Shown here: positions 16,213-30,655 of the stretch, in pieces
How the letters are laid out: each line of letters starts with the position of its first letter
Numbering within the stretch: the stretch's first letter is position 1
DNA from: the human T2T-CHM13v2.0 reference genome, Homo sapiens
Strand: one strand, 5' to 3'
Length of the DNA: 64,000 nt
Assembly: GCF_009914755.1 (NCBI RefSeq)
Contig: NC_060935.1
Notes under the pieces: generated by a model
Told to the model about the DNA's origin: nothing
Databases searched by the model: none
What the model saw: the letters and a program-made list of their open reading frames with translations, nothing else
Position numbers and translations under genes: made by a program

Positions 16213-17141
16213 ATGTACATAAGGTAAAAATAAAATCCTAAGCCCCCCATTGACCAAAGGGACCTTCTCCTGACCAAGGGGACACCAGAAAAACCTCAAC
16301 ACTGAATTCCCAGACATGATGGGATGGGAGGTCAGATGCGCCTGGTAATAGCCCCCTGTTTCAGAGTTTGGACACCACAACTGGCCGGCATTCATGTTAA
16401 AACAGAGATCGTAAGACTGACAGAACGGACTCTGTGGCAATAAGATACCAAATTATAAACAGGACCCAAAGCCATGCTAGGCGAGGGTAAGTCAGGCAAC
16501 CCACACTTAGAGAATAAACTATATTCTAAGAGCCACAAGGCTTTCTGTTTCTCTATTAGCCAAACACACACTAGCCTTGGGATAGGGAATATTAAAACAA
16601 TTGCAGCTCCACTAGGTGCCAACTAACTGACTCTGTTTCACCAGCCATAGCAGCTGTGATTGGACAAGAGACTGATTTCAGTGACTTTCTCCTGATAAGA
16701 GACCACCGACCAGCTGACCATGCCGACCAGCTGACCCGTTAATAGAGAGAGATGATGCACCTGCATGCCTTTGTGTCCTGAAAAGACGTTTTGCCATAAA
16801 GGCCCTAATTGTAAGATGTGTAAATGTTAAGTCTCCACCCCAAAGTGAACATGGGTCATATATTACATGCTTTGCTCAATAAGAGGGCATGTGTCAGGAC
16901 CACCTTCATGAATATTCATAGCTCCTCCTGTTACCTGTTGAATATGTATGTTTAGCCAATCCCTTCAGCATAGCGCTCCTGCCCCAACCCCTCCTCCTTG
17001 GACGTGCCTGTCTCTGGCCTTGGCTGGAGACAGATTCCCAGCCTCAGACAGATGGCCGCCACCTTGCAGGCTACGACCGTTTACAAGAAATAAAGCCTTC
17101 TCTTTTTCCAAATTTGTGAATTGTGTGTTTTTAAACTAACA
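16213..17141 (+). mobile_element. MER4-group ERV1 LTR
   Basis: aaaaataaaatcctaagcccccc MER4-type 5' end; AATAAA 17089; CA 3' end. Confidence 0.7.
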
Positions 17142-17649
17142 TGAATGACAGAAGGAAGGATGGCCTCTTCAAGCAACGATGATGAGGCAGTTATTTATAT
17201 GGGGGAAAAATGGATTCTACCGTGGGTGGACTAAAGAGGAAATGTGAAAAAATAAAAAGTGAGAAACCGCTGGTAGTGAATCGGTGCAAGCGCCCTGGAG
17301 AAGAGACTTGGCAATATTTAGTAAAGTCAAACAGCACGAACCCTACTACTCTGCAAAGCTGCTGCAGGAACTGGCGGAACGAGGCCACGAAGGAAACCTT
17401 GCCGGAAAGGAAATTGCAGCAGTGCCTGTGTGCGTGCGTCTGTTGGCAAAACGCTGCTAATAACGTCAATGCCCATCCGCTATTGAATAAACCTGCTTTA
17501 CTGCCACTATGGAATACCAAACTGCAGAAAAATAATTAAAAGAACGTATCTCATATTACAGGGGAAAAAATCAAGTTGCAGAAGCACATTCAAGTGCAGT
17601 TCCTGTAGTTTCAGAAAAGGCAAACAGTGCGCTACCTGAGCTACTTACA

Positions 17650-18644
<995 letters not shown>

Positions 18645-18792
18645 TGAGCTGCCCATTCTCGGAGATATCTAAGTTGAACAGAATGGCTGCGCACTGGCGG
18701 GGATGGTGTGCAGAGGCCAGAGATTGATGGTCTCTGGTCCCCGTGGGCCTTCCTGGTGGGAGAAGGCGTCCCAGAAAGGGAAGTAGAAAAAG

Positions 18793-18926
18793 ACGCCTGT
18801 CATCCCAGCATTTTGGGGGGGCCGGAGGGGGTGGAAGTCACCTGAGGTCAGGAGTTCAAGACCAGCCTGGCCAACATGGTGAAACACCGTCTCTACTAAA
18901 AATACAAAAATCAGCCGGGCGTGGTG
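18793..18926 (+). mobile_element. AluS left-arm fragment
   Basis: cctgaggtcaggagttcaagaccagcctggccaacatgg. Confidence 0.85.
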
Positions 18927-19160
18927 GCCTCGAAGATAGGGTGTGGTTGTTGAAAGGTCACCATCTAATTTTCGTTCATATGGACGCACCGTGGAGGATG
19001 AAAAGTTAAACTATTACACCTGCACCTAAATGGGCAAGCCTGCAGGTGTAGTCAGGTTGCAGCTTGTCTTGCACTGGTCTGCTGACTGCAAGAGCCTTTG
19101 CCAGGAACAATAGAAACAGAATGTTTCAAGAGATGGCATCTAATCAGTATGTGCCCTGGA

Positions 19161-19463
<303 letters not shown>

Positions 19464-20070
19464 GTGGTTTTTTATTTTTATTTTTTAAATATCAACCTGC
19501 TTTCACCTCATTTGCTCAGAGCAAATCTAGTTGGACTGAAGAAGGCTTGGTGGCCAAAACTAAGTTTCCACTCTGCCAGCCTCTCCTCCCTAGGTGCTTG
19601 TTGGAAGCTGCTGCCCAAGACCAGTAAGCCGATGGTGCCTGACAGTGGCACCACTGCTGGATCGTAATCCTCTAAGTCCTTTTTCCTCTAGATGGTGTTG
19701 GGCATTTCCTTGTTAATAAACTACCAGGGTCTGACTTCTTCCTCTTCCTCCGCCTCCTCCATGGTGCTAAGGGTCAGACCTGCAAGCCCTCCCTGTTTCT
19801 CATTTCCTGCAGATATAAGCAGGTATATGCAAGTATAAGCAGGTGCAGGCGTACTCATGTGTATACAGGTGTATACAGGTGTATGCTGCCCTCTGCTGCC
19901 ATGCTGTCAACAGGAAGCCTGACTGCATCCCGTCTGGGAAGGCACAGAGCATTTTTGTTTGTTGTTTGTTTTTTGTTTTTATCCTACCTACTGCAGCAGG
20001 TTGTTTCATCTGTCTTTGAGTGTATAGGTGCTGAAATTGCTCCATTTTCTTTTTCTCTCTGTACTTACAG

Positions 20071-20131
20071 GTATTGAAATTGCCAAAAACAGAGGAGCAA
20101 GATACAGGCTTGGACCAGAGCTGGAAATATG
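20071..20131 (+). CDS. NADSYN1: NADSYN1 exon 2
   Basis: [19 protein letters not shown] (nitrilase-fold catalytic Glu motif). Confidence 0.98.
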
Positions 20132-20411
20132 GTGAGAACAGACACAGACACCCTGGGGTCGTCAGCTAGCGATACCAGCATCAGTTTTCCCCAGCTGAGA
20201 AGGCAAGGAAGGAGCAGGGACAGTCCTGAGAGCTGTGGACACGCCACACCCGCTGTTGGGCCTGGTTAATGCCATTGAACACCTGAGCAAGGGCAGGCCC
20301 AGGGAGGCTGAATAAGTCTAGATTCCCATGTTGAGTAATTAAAAGAACTGACTTTTACCAGATGAAGGCCAGTTTCAAAGTTGGGCTGCTTCTGTGTTAC
20401 CACTGCCCTTT

Positions 20412-20765
20412 TGCTGTGGTCTGAATGTTTGCGTCCCCACAAAATTCATATGTTGAAACCTAACCCCCAGATGATGGAATTAAGAGATGAGGCCTTTGGC
20501 AGGTGATTGGGTCATGAGGGCATGAGAGTGGAGCCTGCATGAATGGGATTAGTGCTCTTACAAGAGAGGCCCAAAGGAGCTTGTTGGCCCCTTCTACCAT
20601 GTGAGGACACAGAGAAGGAGACAACCAGTCCTTACCAGATACCAAATCTGCCAGCACCTTGATCGTGGGCTTCCCAGCCTCCAGAACTGTGAGCAATACA
20701 TTTCTGCTGTTTATTAATTACCCAGTCCAAGGTGTTTTGTTATAGCAGGCTGAAGGACCAAGACA
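20412..20765 (+). mobile_element. MaLR LTR (MLT1A/MST-like)
   Basis: tgctgtggtctgaatgtttgcgtcccc...ttgttatagcag...aagaca. Confidence 0.8.
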
Positions 20766-22489
20766 TATTCCCAGGTTTTCATTCCGTGATCTCAGAATCT
20801 TTCCACAAGCAAGCATAGGTTATCGTTTCTTATATGCCTTTTTGTAAAAATCAGGAAAACTGATTGCTTATTTCCCTTCTTGTCCCTTCAAAAACAAAAA
20901 CAAAAACGAAAACAAAACAATGAGTAGCCACGTTGTAAGTCTCTTGTAAGCGATAGTCCTTTCTCATTTTGGATGTCAGCTGCCATCTGTGCTCTGCTAG
21001 TTTCCCGTTGGTCTTTAGGCCTCTGACCCGTTGTGGGATCTGGAAGTTCCTCTTCAGTCTTTGTCCCCTGCCTTAGTGTGTGTTCTTGCTTCTGGACTTA
21101 GAGTAAGCAGGAACTGTCTTCTCTTAGGAGGTTTTGTGTGAGTCCAGAGGCATCTTTCTCTAAGTCCTTCCAAGTTTCTTTCCTTCATTAGATTGATTTC
21201 TCTCCTTAGAATACCACCTTCAAATAGGGCTGTTTCTCCCATAATATCCAAGAATGTTTACTTTGTTCTTTAATTTGTCTTCATTTGATTGATTCTTTAA
21301 GAAATTCTTCACCTAAGTGCCAAGGGATCTAGGGTTCTGGGCTGTCTGATATCACAAAGCTTCTATCCTCTCCTGGCCCCGTGGCCGGATCTTCTCCTGG
21401 GCTGGACTCAAGGCCTGATCGTCTCGTGAGCCTGACCTCTCCTGGGCTGGTCCGGGGGCCTGATCCTCATGTCCTGTCTGCTGCTTGCCCTGGAGGAGCT
21501 GCAGTGGTGACAGCCCAGTCCCCCTGGCCTGATGTTGCCCAGATGCTTAGAGTTTACGTCTTCTTTTCTTTCTTCGTCCTAGTCTCTCTCTTCTATAAAT
21601 GTTACATCCACCTCTCTCTTTCCTCCAAATATGGACCTGTTTCATTTTAAAAGTGGGAGGATGTCTAACTAAAGGCCCCTGGGATGGAATATTTGCATCC
21701 AGCAGGGACAGGGGCCCAGCTGAGCAGGTCTCCACGTAGCTTACAACCTGCTGAGCAGGCTCCTGTGAAATATTCCAACAACTTACAGAGAGGAAACCGA
21801 GGCAGGAGAGGAGGGACATCACTTCACTGAGCACACCGCCTCTTGTTCTTACTGGTTAGAGGTCCAGCACCTGATACACAGGGAGGGCCCAGTGGCCCTA
21901 GAGCAGGCTGACTCATGGACCAGAGACCCTCTCACCTAGAAAAGTCAGCGGTTTCCTTTGAGCTGGTGCTGGAAGCTTTGGAAAGGGGAGGCTACCACCC
22001 AAATGGCCCCAGGACCAGCTCCTGCTGCTGACTCACCGAAGGGGTGAGAGGCCTCTGGTCGCTGGATGCCATGCAGCGGGACGTGTGGTGTTATAACGTT
22101 ATTTGGTTTCACATGTGGGCCAGGACGCCAACAGGGCATGAAAACCCACGAAACGGATCCGTTGGAGGAGAAAGGACATCTCAGAACTCCATTCCCTACT
22201 GGGACATCTCCTGGATGCCTTTTCTATCTGAGAACTGGGCTTTTCCTCTTAGCAGAGCCAAGGCAGAGAGCAATGCTTTCCCAGATACTGAAAGTCACAA
22301 TTGCTGGTTTTGGGGTTTATGCAGGTGTGTGCGAGGTTTGCTGGGCATTTGAAGTGTGCCTTCCAGGCTGATGTGTAGTAGAAAGGAGAACTTCTTGAAG
22401 AGTTATAAGTGTTCTACAGATACTCTATATTTTATTATGGGAACCCCAATACTAAGAAACCCAGCCTTCGCATTTAATGACACCACAGA

Positions 22490-22945
22490 TTATTGAATTA
22501 ATTCCTGTGGCTGCCGAAACAGATAGAAACAAACTAGAGGCTTAAAGCAACAGAAATGTATTCTCTCACAGTTCAGGAAGCCGGAAGTCCAAAATCAGGA
22601 TGGCAGCAGCGTCTGGCTCCCTCCAAAGGTTCTTGGGGAGGGTCCCTCGTGCCTTTCCCAGCTCCTGGTGGTTCCAGGTGCTCCTTGGCTTGTGGCCTCA
22701 TTGCTCCCATCTCTGCCTCCGTCCTCATGTTGCCTCCTGTTCTCCCTGTCTCTCCTCTCCTTTCTCTTACAAGGACACTTGTCATTGGATTTAGGCCCCC
22801 CTGCAAAAGCCAGGGTGATCTCATCTTGGGATACTTAATTTAGTTACATCAGCAGACTCTTCTTCTAAAATAAGGTCACCTTCGCAGGTTTCTAAGGTGG
22901 GGTGTGGACGGACCTTTTTGGGGTTCATCATTCAGCCGACTACAA
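22490..22945 (-). mobile_element. MLT1 MaLR LTR
   Basis: ggcttaaagcaacagaaatgtattctctcacagttc motif. Confidence 0.75.
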
Positions 22946-23158
22946 GCATCTGTAGCAAGAAACACAGGGGCAGCTTTGTGGGTGGTTTTTCTGAATGGTT
23001 ATTAGTGATCTTCTTTGCCAAAGAATGGATTTCTGTGGGTCCAGCTTTGTTTCTTTGAGGTTCTTCTCTTGTAGATCAGTGTCATTTGGGCCACATTAAC
23101 AGTTACAAGGAAACCCAAGGGCGGGCACTTCCTGATAGAGAGAGAGTTTTTGTAGTAA

Positions 23159-23506
<348 letters not shown>

Positions 23507-23904
23507 TAAGTGCCAGTGTGAGTGTGGAAGGGCAAACCTGGGACAAAGGCAAGCTCAAGGGCGTGACCCACCCAACCGGCCTCCATCCAGGGTGTGGAAC
23601 ATCCATGTGTCCAGGGATACGAAAGGCCTTATGCTTGAAAAGTGGGTTTTGTTCCTATCTCAGCCCCGTAAGCCACCTCATTTCCCCTGCAAGGAGGGAG
23701 CTCCTGAAAGCAGGATGTGTCAGTTCTTCCAGAAAGTCCTGTGCACACATCAGCAGACTCTGCACAAAGGGGAATGCAGCATTCACCCCACCCCGTGCAG
23801 AGAGCTTGACTCACATCACAGGGAGCCCTGGGGCTCATTCCATGTCCACATGTTGCCACACGGTTCCCATGTCCTAGGCTGCATATGTGTAGCTCCACAA
23901 GGAA

Positions 23905-24570
23905 GGCCTCTGCATGCTCCATGCTGGTGTCTGTGCTGTACCCTGCATCGCCGGTCCCTATGGAGGCCTCTGCACACGCTGTGCTGGTGTCTGTGCTGTA
24001 CCCTGCATAGCCGGTCCCTATGGAGGCCTCTGCACGCTCTGTGCTGGTGTCTGTGCTGTACCCTGCATAGCTGGTCCCTATGGAGGCCTCTGCACACGCT
24101 GTGCTGGTGTCTGTGCTGTACCCTGCATAGCCAGTCCCTGTGGAGGCCTTTGTGTGTGCTGTGCTGGTGTCTGTGCGGTCCCTGCATAGCCGCCCCTATG
24201 GAGGCCTCTGCATGAGCTGTGCTGTGCCCTGCATAGCTGGTCCCTATGGAGGCCTCTGTGTGCGCTGTGCTGGCGTCTGTGCTGTCCCTGCATAGCCGGT
24301 CCCCTATGGAGGCCTCTGCTCACGCTGTGCTGGTGTCTGTGCTGTCCCTGCTTAGCCACCCCTATGGAGGCCTCTGTGTGTGCTGTGCTGGTGTCTGTGC
24401 TGTCCCTGCATAGCCGGTCCCCTATGGAGGCCTCTGCACGTGCTGTGCTGGTATCTGAGCCCTGCTTTGAATAGCCGGCTCCCTATGGAGGATGCTGTGC
24501 TGGAGTCTGTGCTGCGCACTCTGCATAGCCGTCCCCTATGGAGGCCTCTGCACATGTTCTGCTGGTGCCT
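23905..24570. repeat. ~60-bp unit VNTR, about 10-11 copies, NADSYN1 intron 3
   Basis: Unit gctggtgtctgtgctgtaccctgcatagccggtccctatggaggcctctgcacacgctgt. Confidence 0.95.
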
Positions 24571-24827
24571 GCTGCGCTCTGCATTGCCATCCCCTGTCAC
24601 TGAACCTCGCATCGAGTCCTTTACGTCTCCTTCAGCCCCGCCTCATCCGGCATGGACGTGGCACCTTGGCTCGCTTCTTCCTTGACATCTGCCTGGCACA
24701 TATTCTCCTGCCACTCGCGTGCGACCCTCACTGTGACATTTGTGGACTGGGGCCTCTTCTAAGCAGCACATGGATGGGAATTTTAGTGCCCTGTTCACAC
24801 GGATGATGCTAATTGGTCCCGTGGACT

Positions 24828-25250
24828 CTCTTAGTTTCCTTTTGCCGCTCTGATGAATTTCCATGGACACAAAACACACAAGCAACACCAGTCTTTTATC
24901 TAATGGTTCTGAAGGTCAGAGGTCAAGGGGTCAGGGGTCAGCAGCAAGCCTGGTTCCTTCCGGAGACACTCCAGGAGGATCTGCGTCCCTGCCTTCTCTA
25001 GCTTCCCTGGCCTGTGGCCCCTCCCAGCTGTGATGTCACCCCGACCCCCACGTCTGTTGTCGCAGTCCTCCTCTGACCCTCCCTCTTATGGGGACCCTTG
25101 CTGGCTGGCCCAGATTGTCCAGAATCATCTCCCATCTCAAGGCCTGTCACCTCATCACCCCTGCAGCGCCTCAGGTAACATAACACAGTCACAGGCTCCA
25201 GCAGTTAGGATGGGGACATCTTTGAGGGGCTGAGAGTCAGACGACCACAA
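24828..25250 (-). mobile_element. MLT1 MaLR LTR (diverged)
   Basis: MLT1-like terminal motifs. Confidence 0.6.
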
Positions 25251-25292
25251 GGACTTACTCTAGTCACTTCACCAAGTTTTCTATTCATTAGG

Positions 25293-25533
25293 TTTTCTTT
25301 TTTTTGTTTGTTTTTGTTTTTGTTTGTTTGAGACAGATTCTCACTCTGTTGTCCGGGCTGGAGTGCCATGGTGCCATCCTGGCTCACTGCAGCCTCGACC
25401 TCCTGGGCTTGAGTGATCCGTCCATCTCAGCCTCCTGAGTACCCGGGACTACAGGTGCACACCAGTACACCTGGCTAATTTTATTTTTTATTTTTCATAG
25501 AGACAGGGTCTCGCTATGTTGCCCAGGCTGGTT
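25293..25533 (-). mobile_element. AluJ (truncated)
   Basis: Alu motifs. Confidence 0.85.
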
Positions 25534-26256
25534 CTTTTTGGGTTTTGCCTTTTGTTAGTTCATTTTTGCTCAAACTTTTCCCCTGCTGACTTTGAATTTA
25601 TCATCCTCTTTTCATTTTTCTACTTTTTACACTTAAATTTGTAACCATCATATTTGAAGTATTTTTTCTTTTGAAATCTAGCATTTTTCTGGATTGGAGG
25701 CTCCATTGAACAAAACAAGAGTTTTATCATAATGTCATTGATAACTTCCATCCTGCATCGTTTCTTCAAACGGTCCTCAAGGAAGAGGGTGCTGAGTTGG
25801 GTCCCCGCCCTCTGTGGTTGGTGGTGCACCATCCTTAGTTCTGCTCCACAAGGGTTTGCCTTTATAAGCAAAATAAAGAAACAGAGTGGTGAATAGTTTT
25901 TTAAAAACGACTGTCTTATTTATTTGCTTTGCTCACTTACTGAGTTGAACTTTTTTTTGTTTGTTGGTGATTTATAACACTCTTCAATAGTTACCTGGTT
26001 TTTTGCCTACAACTGTTTTTGTCTCTTTTAATTTGAGTCCTTTATATGCGAAACATGTCAGTCCATTCCCACGTAAGGTAAAAATCCTTTTCCTGGTGCG
26101 TTGTTCGGTGTGTGACTTTGTTTTATGTGTTCAGTGGTAAAATGGTCACGTAGTGAAAGCGCCGCCCTGATCTGCTTTAGTTTGTTTCTGAGTTTGTTCT
26201 AGTGGCTTACTCCACTTAGAGATCAGATATTCACGGAGGGCCCGTATTTTATTTAA

Positions 26257-26866
<610 letters not shown>

Positions 26867-26998
26867 TCGGAGAGGAATAGAAGCCATGATGGAGTGAGTC
26901 GCTTGTGGTGGCCGCAGCCAGGACCGGGGCAGGCAGTGGTGCCCCTGCATGCATCTTGCCCTTTCATCCCCATTTTTGGGAGGAAGAATCAAGGCTGA

Positions 26999-27617
26999 TG
27001 TCAACCAGAAATAAAATTCTAAGGCCCTCCCAACCTTTTGAATGAACCGCTTCTCTCAGAGGGGCCCTCCAAGGTTAACCTGAAAGACCGGTTCAGGCCA
27101 TGACTGGGAGTGGGGGGTGATCGGGGGTCGGACAGGCCTCATTTACCCTCCTCCCTTTTGGAAAAGCTGACCAGCATGAGCATCAACACAGACCTTAAGT
27201 CTCATAAGAAACATTTACAGTCTGTTCTCTCTGAAGCCTGCTACTTGGAGGTTTCATTTACATCATAAAACTTTGGTCTCCACAACCCGCTATCATAACC
27301 CAGACATTCCTTTCTATTGATAATAACTCTTTCAACCAATTGCCAGTCAGAACTGTTTAAATCCACCTATGGCCTGGAAGCCCGTCCCTGGCCCCCTCGA
27401 GTTGGTCCTGCCTTTCCAGTTCGAGCAGTGCCCATCTTGTATGTATTGAGTGACGTCTTCTGTCTCCCTGAAATGTGTACAAGCAGGCTGTGCCCTGACC
27501 ACCGCAGGCACGTGTAGTTAGGACCCCCTCGGGCTGTGTCAGGAGTGCATCCTTCACCTGGGCAAAATAAATGTTCTAAATGGACTGAGACCTGTCTCAG
27601 ATACTTTTGGGTTCACA
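26999..27617 (+). mobile_element. MER4A-like ERV1 solo LTR
   Basis: tgtcaaccagaaataaaattctaagg...gagacctgtctcagatacttttgggttcaca. Confidence 0.8.
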
Positions 27618-28391
27618 CCGGTTACTTAGCCAGTGGCAAGGCTGGAATTGGAACTCCACAGCATCCACATTTGGTTTTTCTTCCCCTGAAACACTTTTGC
27701 TGTCGGGTCACACCTCTGGCAGGCGCCTGTGCTTTTCTTCGACACTGTGTCCTCTCAGTGCCCCTATGAGGGTCATCTTCCCCTTGTGCTGCCCTGATCT
27801 GGCCCAAACCTCCTGTCGGGTCACTCTGGTCCCCACTCGAGTGCCCCCAGCCAGGCCGCCCTCTCCTGCTATGGTCCCCTTATCTGCAGGGGGAGATGAT
27901 AGGGTGTTGGCGAGGTGATGGGAGCGTGAAGCCAAGACCCAGTCCCGAGAAAGGGCCAGCCCGGAGCAGCAAATGGAGGGGTTCCACCTGTCCCAGGTGG
28001 TGGGTGGAAATGAGCTCAGGGCGGACAGGTGCTGAAAAGTGGATGCCTCAGGTTAGCATAAGGCAATTTGGAAGGGGAAGGGGAGGAGGCAACAGAGGCT
28101 GGAACATTCCAGGAGGAGAGGGAAGAACCCTGTGGTGGAATGAATTTGCCCTTCATTGAGAAGAAGCTCCTCTAGGCTTAGAGTCGGTGCTGCCTGGGTG
28201 GCAGAACCATCTCGGCTCCTTTTAGCTTTGATTTGAGGGTGCCACAGAAGAGCCTTGCAGTTCTCCGAAGGGATCGGAGGAAGCTTCGTAGTAAAGTAAA
28301 ATGCATGATTCCAGAGCTGCAGCCGCTGCCTCCATGTGCTCTGTGTTTCATAACCGGGCAGACACGCATGTACCTCCCCTCTCTCCTGCAG

Positions 28392-28445
28392 GCCTGTAAT
28401 GCACCGAAACGTCCGCTACAACTGCAGAGTGATATTCCTCAACAG
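28392..28445 (+). CDS. NADSYN1: NADSYN1 exon 4
   Basis: PVMHRNVRYNCRVIFLN. Confidence 0.98.
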
Positions 28446-28911
28446 GTAGGCCCCCTGCCCCCACCCCGGGAGGGTGACTGGGGCCTCTCCCTGGCTCTCA
28501 GCCGAGGGCTGCCAGGACCCGTGCTGGTGCCCTGGGGACCCGTTGCTGGGAGGCTGCTTCTGGAAGTGCCCGGGCTTAGTGAGGGCCGATGCACCAGGCA
28601 GGTGATCCGGGTGCCTTTGCTTTTCTGGGTCTCAGCCACCACCGAGACAGGCATCATCAGGTATCAGAAGGAGAGAGACGCAGAGGGTGGGGGTGTGGGG
28701 ACACAGGTCCTTGTGGCCTGGAAGCCAGTCCAGGTGAGCAAGTTCCCTTGGAGCGCCTGGTCACCAGCTGCTGGGGAGGCGCACACCTTCTGGGGCTTAG
28801 CTGCTTCATCGTTGACGGTCACGAATGGATGCAGCCATGGGGACCCGAGTCATAGAAAGCGGAAGCCCAGAGAAGGAGAGAGATTTGCTCGGGGCCCCAT
28901 TCTCAAGCTGA

Positions 28912-29103
<192 letters not shown>

Positions 29104-29182
29104 TGAGTCGGGTGCCTGACCACTCCTGGGATGTGCGTTAAGCACCTCCGCTGTGTGTAGCCTTGGGTCCTGATCATGGGAG

Positions 29183-29927
29183 TGTTACCGGTGGAGGGTG
29201 TCCAGGTTTTTGACATTTTGAACAAAGAATGGGACAAAAAGCACAAAGAAAGCCAAAAAAGAATGAAGCAACCAAAGGAGAGAGTGATTGAAAATGAAAG
29301 CCCCCTCCACAGGGTGGGAGCAGCCCCGGCAGGGGCTCAGGGCGCGGTTACACAATGTCCCGGGGTTTAAATATCCTCTAGAGGCTTCCCATCGGTTACT
29401 TGGTGTGAGCCCCATGTAAATGAAGAGGCTGAAGTGGAGTTACAAAGTTATTTACTTGGTGTACACACTATGCAAATAAAAAGGGTGTTTCCTGTCTGAA
29501 GTAGTTACAAAGTTATTTACTTGGTCTTAGAAAGCTGGGGTTTTGGGCTGGGCACGGTGGCTCACGCCTGTAATCCCAGCACTTTGGGAGGCCGAGGTGG
29601 GCGGATCACGATGTCAGGAGATCGAGACCATCCTGGCTAACACGGTGAAACCCCATCTCTACTAAAAATACAAAAAATTAGCTGGGCGTGGTGGTGGGCA
29701 CCTGTAGTCCCAGCTACTCGGGAGGCTGAGGCAGGAGAATGGCATGAACCCAGGAGGCAAGAGCTTGCAGTGAGCCGAGATTGCGCCACTGCACTCCAGC
29801 CTGAGCAACAGAGCGAGACTCTGTCTCAAAAAAAAAAAAAAAAAAAAAAAAAAGAGCGGGGTTTTTCTGTTTGATTTAGTTCTAGGAAGTGCTTAGGTTC
29901 CCTGCCCCCAGACCCTATTCTACCTCA
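29183..29927 (-). mobile_element. MER51-like ERV1 LTR interrupted by AluY (29546-29853, + strand)
   Basis: Reverse 5' end TGAGGTAGAATAGGGTCTGG...GGGAACCTAAG; AluY diagnostic gagatcgagaccatcctggctaacacg. Confidence 0.85.
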
Positions 29928-29931
29928 GCAG

Positions 29932-30285
29932 TGTCACAGATATCGACTAGCTGGGGCCAATGGTGCAGGCAGTAAAGGAATTTACCAAGACAGTTGTAGG
30001 TAAAGAGAGGCAGATTTATTAGAGAAGGTATGAAAGTATGTTACAATATCGCAACAGGCAGCACAGCAGAGAAGGGGCTGTCTGCAGAGAGGCAGGGGCT
30101 GGAGGGAAGTTTTATAGCATTGTGCTGGAGGGGGCTACATTGGGGATGAGGTAGAACTGCGGGGGCCACTGCGGAAGGAGGTCATTGTGCCTGTGTAGGA
30201 CATTGTGCCCTCAGAACAACTGTTCATTGTTCTCCACATCTGGGGCCCCATACTCATTGCTTCCTTATCTGATCAGGCCTCTGCA
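29932..30285 (-). mobile_element. ERV1 LTR (subfamily uncertain)
   Basis: TG...CA termini, reverse AATAAA at ~30015. Confidence 0.55.
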
Positions 30286-30484
30286 AGTAGAAGATGCACA
30301 GAAACATGGACTAGGGTCTCCATCCCCTGGTGCCAGTCCCTTATATGCCTGATTTGATGCTGCTGATTAAATTGTAGCCACGTTCAGCGCAGATCACATG
30401 GAACTCTCAGTCATCAATCAGGGATATCAGTCATGTTAGGTGAAGTGCCACTTCCATCTTGAATGATACTGAATTTCCATCTTC

Positions 30485-30655
30485 ACCCGGTTGACATTTG
30501 GGTCATTCTTTGTCATGGGGCGTCGGCCATGTGCATCCTCAGGCATTTACTGGCATAGCTGGTCTCCCCACAGATGCTCCCAGTTGTGACAACCAAAAAT
30601 GTCCCCAGACATTACCAGATGTCCCCTGGGGGGTAAAATGCCCCGGTTGAGAAAT
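30485..30655. mobile_element. MER20 hAT-Charlie DNA transposon
   Basis: gttgtgacaaccaaaaatgtccccagacattaccagatgtcccctgggggg. Confidence 0.8.

Larger units (their letters stand above)
13630..17110 (+). ncRNA. Probable DHCR7 divergent lncRNA (DHCR7-DT-like)
   Basis: + strand donor CAG|GTAAAC at 13841, candidate acceptor at 15984-15985, LTR AATAAA at 17089-17094; recalled annotation of a divergent transcript here; boundaries approximate. Confidence 0.5.

Noticed and set aside
23592-24685. Cys-rich repetitive ORFs resembling keratin-associated or metallothionein-like proteins
   Set aside because: Artefact of a 60-bp VNTR: open in several frames on both strands, frames broken by unit indels, no promoter or poly(A) context
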